In this document: positions 17,077 through 22,114 of the stretch, one piece after another | Layout of the letters: every line of letters starts with the position of its first letter | Numbering within the stretch: the first letter of the stretch is position 1 | Origin: Thermodesulfobacteriota bacterium | GTDB lineage: Bacteria > Desulfobacterota > Desulfobacteria > Desulfobacterales > SURF-7 | Length of the DNA: 22,114 nt | NCBI GenBank assembly: GCA_049320885.1 | Contig: JBMORA010000021.1 | Location: forward strand, 1-22,114 | Reading direction: 5' to 3' | Made by a program: the position numbers and the translations under genes | Notes under the pieces: model-generated | Database searches by the model: none | What the model was told of the DNA's origin: nothing | Seen by the model: only the letters and a program-made list of their open reading frames with translations

Positions 17077-17855
17077 AAGCGCAACCGGAAAACAGTGGCA
17101 AAAGTCGGAAAAGAAAAAAAGTCGATTTGCCTGTGGATCAGCATAAAACCCGCTCCAGGGAAGTAACGGTGCTGTTGCTGCGGCGGATTATCGACGGCGT
17201 TTATCCGGCGGGCAGCCGACTACCCACCGAGCGTTTGCTGGGAGAGGAATTCGGAACCTCGCGGAGTGTCATCCGGGAGGCCTTAAAGCGCATTGAAGCC
17301 TTGAATCTGGTGGCCATCCGACAGGGTTCAGGAGCGGTGGTCCAGGACTTCCAAACCAAAGGTGGTGTCGAACTCGCTGATCTTTTGCTTTTCGACAGCA
17401 ACGGTGATATCGACGAGGCCTTTCTGGTGGAAATGGCCCAGCTCCATGAAGGTATGCATATCTGGGTAGTGCGACTTGCAGCCCGGCATGTCACACCGGA
17501 TGAAATCACCCTTCTGAAAAAATTACTGAATGAGCGGGCTTCGCTCGTTGGTGACCCGGAGAGGCTGACCGGGATCACCATGGAAATCAGCAGGCGCATA
17601 GTCCAGGCCGCCCATAACCGCTTTCTGAATCTGCTCTTCAACACCCTGGCCCGCACCACCCGTGTATCCCGGATCGTGTTTACGACACCGGAATATTTTG
17701 AACCGGATATGCAGCATTTTTTGGAGCGGCTGGTGGAGGCTTTCGCCCACGGAGATTCCGAGATGGCGGCGCTGCTCACCATGCGCATTTTCAAGAATCA
17801 CAAGGAGGCCTTTGTTAAAGCCGTAGGACTTCTCAACATGGAAGCCCCCCCATGA
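17073..17855 (+). CDS. GntR family (FadR subfamily) transcriptional regulator
   Basis: wHTH IIDGVYPAGSRLPTER.L.EEFGTSRSVIREALKR.EAL.LV.IRQGSGA.V and an FCD-like C-terminus (AAHNRFL.LLFN). Confidence 0.93.
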   Translation: MKAQPENSGKSRKRKKVDLPVDQHKTRSREVTVLLLRRIIDGVYPAGSRLPTERLLGEEFGTSRSVIREALKRIEALNLVAIRQGSGAVVQDFQTKGGVELADLLLFDSNGDIDEAFLVEMAQLHEGMHIWVVRLAARHVTPDEITLLKKLLNERASLVGDPERLTGITMEISRRIVQAAHNRFLNLLFNTLARTTRVSRIVFTTPEYFEPDMQHFLERLVEAFAHGDSEMAALLTMRIFKNHKEAFVKAVGLLNMEAPP

Positions 17856-17919
17856 GCCCAACTGATTGTGGATTGCCCGGTCATCTGTGCATATTTTGCC
17901 CATTTCTCTTTGGAAAAAA

Positions 17920-20028
17920 TCACAGAGTGGTAAAACCGGTTCTGACATCTCCGGGTTCCCGCTCGCTGGGGAGCTGAATCAAAAAGACGACCCCTTCTCC
18001 CGGCGAACTGGTGCATTCCATCTGTCCGCCGAGGGTCTGCGTCACCAGATTGTACAGGATATGCATTCCCAGACCAGTTCCACCATGGCTGCGTTTGGTG
18101 GTGAAGAACGGATCGAATATTTTGCCCAATGTTTTCTGATCCATGCCCCTGCCGTTGTCCGAATAGATCAGAACGACCCGCTTGGTCTCGCGACGAAATT
18201 CCAGGTAAATGTCACCACCTTCTCTTTCCTCGAAACCATGAATCAATGAATTCATGACCAGATTGGTGATGATTTGGGACAAGGCGCCGGGATAGCTCAT
18301 GATGGTAAGATCATCCGGACAAACGAAGGAAATATGGTGACCACCTTTTTTCAACCGTGGCCGCAAACTGACAAGCAGTTCCTGAACATAGGATTTGATG
18401 TTGAACTTACGCAGGTCCTCGACAGACTGGTCCACGGCCACTTGTTTGAAACTTTTTACCAGTTCGGCGGCGCGATTGAGGTTGTTCAGAATCATACCGG
18501 AGGTTTCTGCAGCGATTTTTATATATTTTTCGAGCACGGAGCGTTGGATTTTGCCTGTGGCATACTGCTGGATCAGGCTGTTGGTTTTGTCTTCCAATAG
18601 CGACGCCGCCGTAATCCCGACAGAAAGAGGTGTATTGATTTCATGGGCGACGCCGGCCACCAAACCTCCCAGGGCGGCCATTTTTTCCGACTGAACGAGT
18701 TGCTTCTGGGTGATTTTCAGTGTTTCCAGGGAATCCGTAAGGGCCTTGTTGGCGTTCTCCAACTGGGTTGTCCGTTCGTGAACACGGTGTTCCAGTTCCT
18801 CGTTGAGAACGAACAAATCGTTTGCCATGGTGTTTATCTTGTCGGCCAGACCGAGAGAAAGCAGGACCACAACACAGGTGGCGCCAAGCTGAATGCCCCA
18901 GTTGGTGACCAGATTGGCCGGAAGCACCCCAAAGGTTTTCAATGCGTACAACAAAACGCCGATGAGGACCATCGTGAAACTGATGACAATGTAGCGCGCC
19001 GGCCGGGACCCCTTGGCAAACAGGATGACATTGACCCCAAAAATCATGCCGATACCCCATATCACCAATGCCGTCGCCACCTTGATGCTGAGCGCATAGG
19101 GCAGGAACAGGGTCAACCCAAGCCAGATCAGGGTAGGCAGGATGGCTCCATAGAAAATACAGTTGTCGATCATGGGAAAGTCGGCCTTGGTACGGGCATA
19201 TGAGCGCTCAAATTGGCAAAGCCACAGCAAGGCATTGCAGATGAAGAAAGGGATGCAGTTGTTGGCCCACCAGACAGCGTTGGGCCAGAAAAATTGAAAG
19301 GCAAACCCGTTAAGGGACAGGGTGAAGATTATCCAGGAGCCGATAAACAGAACATAATACAGATAGCTGCGATCTTTGACGGAAAGATACAGCAGCAGAT
19401 TATATAGCACCATGATCATCATCAGGCCGTTATAAACCCAGAAAATCGGCAACTGATGGTTGAGGCGCACAATATAGGCATCCGTCGATAAGGCGATCGG
19501 CGAAAAATTCAGCGAGCTGCTGGTCTGGATACGGATGTAGTAGCTTCGCTTCCCCGGTTGTTCCAGAAGACGGAAAATGAAGTTGCGGTCCGGCACCATG
19601 CGCTTGTGAAACGGGAAATGATCGCCGGTTTCCCATTTTGTGTATTCGCCGTTGGTTTCCGGAATAAACAGGTCTATCCGGTCCAACAGAGGATAGTTGA
19701 TTTCCAGAAACCATTCCAGGGGTTCCGTGGTTGGATTTTGGACCATCAACCGGAACCAGTAGGCCGAGGAGGTGAAACCAAAATTGAAAGATGCGTTATG
19801 CGATTGAATCCAGGTAATATCATTGGATTGCAAATCGGAAAACCGCAGGCGTCCCTGGGCGTCCTCCATATAGTCCATGTGAATCCCGATGTCTGCCGCC
19901 CCCATATCCGGGGACAGAACCATCTGGTGGTTGGCCCGGGCCGCAGATGACAACACTATCAGCAGGAAAACGCCTGCCCCGATAATGATATTGACAGACA
20001 CCGGTTTGGAAGGGGGGAGAATCTTCAT
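17920..20028 (-). CDS. Sensor histidine kinase with 7TMR-DISM extracellular and 7TM domains
   Basis: DISMED2-like NFGFTSSAYWFRL, LEINYPLLDRIDL, TGD..PF..R. The 7TM region begins GLM..M.LYNL.LY.S.KD.SYLYYV. H-box EKMAALG.LVAGVAHEINTPL, N-box QIITNLVMNS, G boxes DNGRGM and GTGLG. Confidence 0.95.
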   Translation of the reverse strand: MKILPPSKPVSVNIIIGAGVFLLIVLSSAARANHQMVLSPDMGAADIGIHMDYMEDAQGRLRFSDLQSNDITWIQSHNASFNFGFTSSAYWFRLMVQNPTTEPLEWFLEINYPLLDRIDLFIPETNGEYTKWETGDHFPFHKRMVPDRNFIFRLLEQPGKRSYYIRIQTSSSLNFSPIALSTDAYIVRLNHQLPIFWVYNGLMMIMVLYNLLLYLSVKDRSYLYYVLFIGSWIIFTLSLNGFAFQFFWPNAVWWANNCIPFFICNALLWLCQFERSYARTKADFPMIDNCIFYGAILPTLIWLGLTLFLPYALSIKVATALVIWGIGMIFGVNVILFAKGSRPARYIVISFTMVLIGVLLYALKTFGVLPANLVTNWGIQLGATCVVVLLSLGLADKINTMANDLFVLNEELEHRVHERTTQLENANKALTDSLETLKITQKQLVQSEKMAALGGLVAGVAHEINTPLSVGITAASLLEDKTNSLIQQYATGKIQRSVLEKYIKIAAETSGMILNNLNRAAELVKSFKQVAVDQSVEDLRKFNIKSYVQELLVSLRPRLKKGGHHISFVCPDDLTIMSYPGALSQIITNLVMNSLIHGFEEREGGDIYLEFRRETKRVVLIYSDNGRGMDQKTLGKIFDPFFTTKRSHGGTGLGMHILYNLVTQTLGGQMECTSSPGEGVVFLIQLPSEREPGDVRTGFTTL

Positions 20029-20100
20029 TTCAGTTGTTGCCTGAAAGAAAACCTTTGGATTGTTTTCCCAGCCGGTTGTTGAATGCGATGAAAATCAACC

Positions 20101-20160
20101 CACCAACTGGAAGGTCAGCGGAAACCGGATTTTTCGGTGATCCGCTGGACCGACTTGGGC
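20101..20160 (-). mobile_element. Degenerate integron attC (59-base element)-like site
   Basis: 3 nt after the beta-lactamase stop, the sense strand reads GCCC-AAGTC-GGTCCAGCGGA-TC-ACCG-AAAAATC-CGGT-T-TCCGCTGACC-TTCCA-GTTGGTG. L''/L' pair with one extrahelical base, spacers are 5 nt, R' has GTT, and R'' lacks its AAC. Confidence 0.6.
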
Positions 20161-20163
20161 ATT

Positions 20164-20973
20164 TTAAATTATCCCCAGCGCTTTAAGACTTGCCTTACCC
20201 AACTCTATGCGTTTTGCTCCGTCAGATTCCTTCCTAATGTCTATATTGAGCGCAAACGCATAGACATGATTGTCTTTTTCCACCCATCCTACCCACCATC
20301 CAACTCCCGGATCAGGCGCGTTTTGCCAACCGGTCTTTGCATGTAATGTCCAGTTTACGCCGGTATCGGTGATGGTAATGTCTCGAACGCTTTTTTGGGC
20401 CGCTTCTGGAAAAGGCAATCTACCCTGAGCAAGTTTGGCAAGAAACCGGGTTTGCTCCACGGAACTGATCATGAGCGGACCCAATAGCCAAAATGTATCA
20501 ATACTGGTGCCGATTTCGTTGTTCCCATAATCCATCTTCGCGAGATTATCCTGCATACGATCAAAACCGATGCGCCGGGCAAGCGCCTGGTAGATGGGAA
20601 CATTTGATACGATAATAGCTTCACGCAGGCCCATATCTTTTTCCCAGGCCTTGGTGGATGGTTTCGGGTCGCGCCTGTATGGCAGGACTTCATCAACACT
20701 CGTAACCGCCCCGACCGAAAGTCCAATCAATGAATTGGGAATCTTGAATGTTGATGCAGGGATAAATCTCGTTTCTGCCCGGCCTTTATTGTAGCCAACG
20801 AACGACCCTCCATCGACATCGAAAAGAACGAAGGTGCCCGTCAGCCCAGAGGCTTTGAAAATCTCGGCTATTTCAGTGCTCTCTTCCCAGTCCGCAGCGT
20901 CCACTGACAAAAGGGGAGTTATTGCCAGAAAAGCACAAATTGCGGCCAGAAACAAGTAACTTCGGCGAATCAT
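20164..20973 (-). CDS. blaOXA: Class D beta-lactamase (OXA-like)
   Basis: Signal peptide and motifs PASTFKIPN, SNV, YGN, FWL.GPL.IS..EQ, KTGW, GWWVGWVE, FALNID. Start ATG 20973 with AGGAG RBS. Confidence 0.93.
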   Translation of the reverse strand: MIRRSYLFLAAICAFLAITPLLSVDAADWEESTEIAEIFKASGLTGTFVLFDVDGGSFVGYNKGRAETRFIPASTFKIPNSLIGLSVGAVTSVDEVLPYRRDPKPSTKAWEKDMGLREAIIVSNVPIYQALARRIGFDRMQDNLAKMDYGNNEIGTSIDTFWLLGPLMISSVEQTRFLAKLAQGRLPFPEAAQKSVRDITITDTGVNWTLHAKTGWQNAPDPGVGWWVGWVEKDNHVYAFALNIDIRKESDGAKRIELGKASLKALGII

Positions 20974-21051
20974 ATTTTTCTCCTGACCAGTAATGGACAA
21001 GGCGGCTTTGGTGTTCTTGGCCCTGGTATTTTTATGGCCGCCAGCAAGTCA

Positions 21052-21474
21052 TTATTTCCTTTGTTCCATCGCAATACGCTCATTTTTCAACTCTTCCAGA
21101 AGGGTTGAAAGAGTCCAGTTTTCTGAAAACGGTGTCAATGTGGCCCAAAGCGGGCGAGGCAATCCAACACCTTTGTAATTGGAAAGAACTTGTTGAAGTT
21201 CGCTTTCCGTAATCCCGGACAGGATAACAGCGCGCTCAATATCACAATCCGTGTCTCGTCCCGTTTGATCGGGCAACGTCAGCAACTCACTGAGGCACAT
21301 CTCGGTATCCGTATCTGTGGCAAAAATTACCGGAACATCTTTAAGGTGGATGGCGCCCAGTAATTGTATCATCGTTTTCTGTTCTGATGGCGTAAAACCG
21401 CATACCAGTACGGCTCTTGGTCCATACATCGGTTCCGTCGATTCTCCGACCTTTGTAAATGTTCCTTCACTCAT
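21052..21474 (-). CDS. DUF3783-like protein
   Basis: MYGPRAVLVCGF and RAVILSG....EL..V...YK..GLP..LWATLTP.SE.W.L..LLEEL..ER.AM. Start at ATG 21474 or TTG 21486. Confidence 0.75.
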   Translation of the reverse strand: MSEGTFTKVGESTEPMYGPRAVLVCGFTPSEQKTMIQLLGAIHLKDVPVIFATDTDTEMCLSELLTLPDQTGRDTDCDIERAVILSGITESELQQVLSNYKGVGLPRPLWATLTPFSENWTLSTLLEELKNERIAMEQRK

Positions 21475-21490
21475 GATGACTTCCAATCGC

Positions 21491-21559
21491 GACCTGCAAA
21501 ATTACTCCAAAATAATCATGAATTACCTTGTCTCGTATTCCAGCCATTTCTTTCTATTC
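21491..21559 (-). pseudogene. Relic of a HepT/DUF86 (HEPN) ribonuclease toxin gene
   Basis: Translates E*KEMAGIRDKVIHDYFGVILQV, matching the DUF86 pattern WK.MAG.RD..IH.YFGV including RX4H. TAG sits where Trp (TGG) is expected. Confidence 0.7.
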
Positions 21560-22003
21560 CATGCATGACAATATTGTTTCTAAATTCTTAAATTCTTCTG
21601 TTGCATGTTGTTTGATTGCAGATATCTTTTTTCCCGGCATAATGAATAACCGGATGAAAAAATCTATAATTGTTTCTATCTTCAAAAATTTGAAACCTAT
21701 TCTAAGCTCATGAATAACTTTTGAATCCATATTTATAGGTATAAATGACAATTGAAGATAGACAGGAAAAGGGATTAAAGCCTTCATTAAAAATAAGTTC
21801 GGTCTATTTAGAACCATGATTTTCCAACGAAAATTAATTTTATATTTTTCAATGAATTCTTCAAACCGGAATTTATCGCCAACATTTAATACAGCAGGTC
21901 TTTCAATTTTTCCAACATGTGCTTTGGGATCCCATTGTCGGTATTTTTCGGGAGTTAAATTGACTATCCAATCAAATATTTGCTCCGGATCACTGCTGTC
22001 CGG
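21554..22003 (-). pseudogene. AT-rich ORF lacking a 5' start, SRPBCC/START-like
   Basis: The frame is open from 22003 (PDSSDPEQIFDWIVNLTPEKYRQWDPKAH...VGDKFRFEE...HATEEFKNLETIL), with TAA at 22004-22006 and no ATG/GTG/TTG before 21817. Confidence 0.5.
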
Positions 22004-22089
22004 TTAACTGATTAATGATTACTTATACTTATAAAATAACTACCCATTCAACTTGCAATTCTGGCAAAAAGCCTGTTTTTACAACCCCG

Positions 22090-22114
22090 TCAATCCCGAT
22101 TGGGATTGATTGAA
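22090..22114 (+). repeat. Hairpin plus ATTGAA at the window edge; possible single truncated CRISPR repeat
   Basis: TCAATCCC-gatt-GGGATTGA followed by TTGAA. Only one copy is visible. Confidence 0.25.

Noticed and set aside
490..19950. Many long antisense or alternative-frame ORFs (e.g. 2750..3427, 5156..5875, 7233..7916, 10232..11122, 13223..13834, 17201..17794)
   Set aside because: They shadow well-supported genes in GC-rich DNA and show no recognisable motifs.
1..22114. tRNA, rRNA, transposase, integrase, cas genes or a multi-repeat CRISPR array
   Set aside because: None recognisable in the window.

Overview
Chromosomal-looking, mostly GC-rich window whose gene repertoire suggests a sulfate-reducing deltaproteobacterium (Desulfobacterales-like; inference only). 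The left part holds the end of a GNAT protein, a minus-strand block (outer-membrane porin, small periplasmic-binding-like protein, divergent LeuA/homocitrate-synthase-like enzyme), and an acetyl-CoA-hydrolase/GNAT fusion. Next is a probable operon of a Chlamydia-MOMP-like beta-barrel, a chemoreceptor, a HEAT-repeat membrane protein and a CPBP intramembrane protease, followed by a lone gspF, mscL, DUF3147, a small membrane protein, DUF169 and a YihG-like acyltransferase. The right part holds a Tat-exported GH17-fold protein lacking both catalytic glutamates and ending in GGGCFI, a GntR/FadR regulator with an operator array, and an orphan 7TM-DISM histidine kinase. The AT-richer right end carries a class D beta-lactamase followed by a damaged attC-like site, DUF3783, a HepT toxin relic, a decayed SRPBCC-like ORF and a possible CRISPR-repeat fragment at the edge. 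The best candidate for an undescribed system is a C-terminal protein-sorting module (HEAT protein + CPBP protease + GspF) with a GGGCFI-tailed cargo nearby. Family calls rest on motif recognition by eye; no searches were run.
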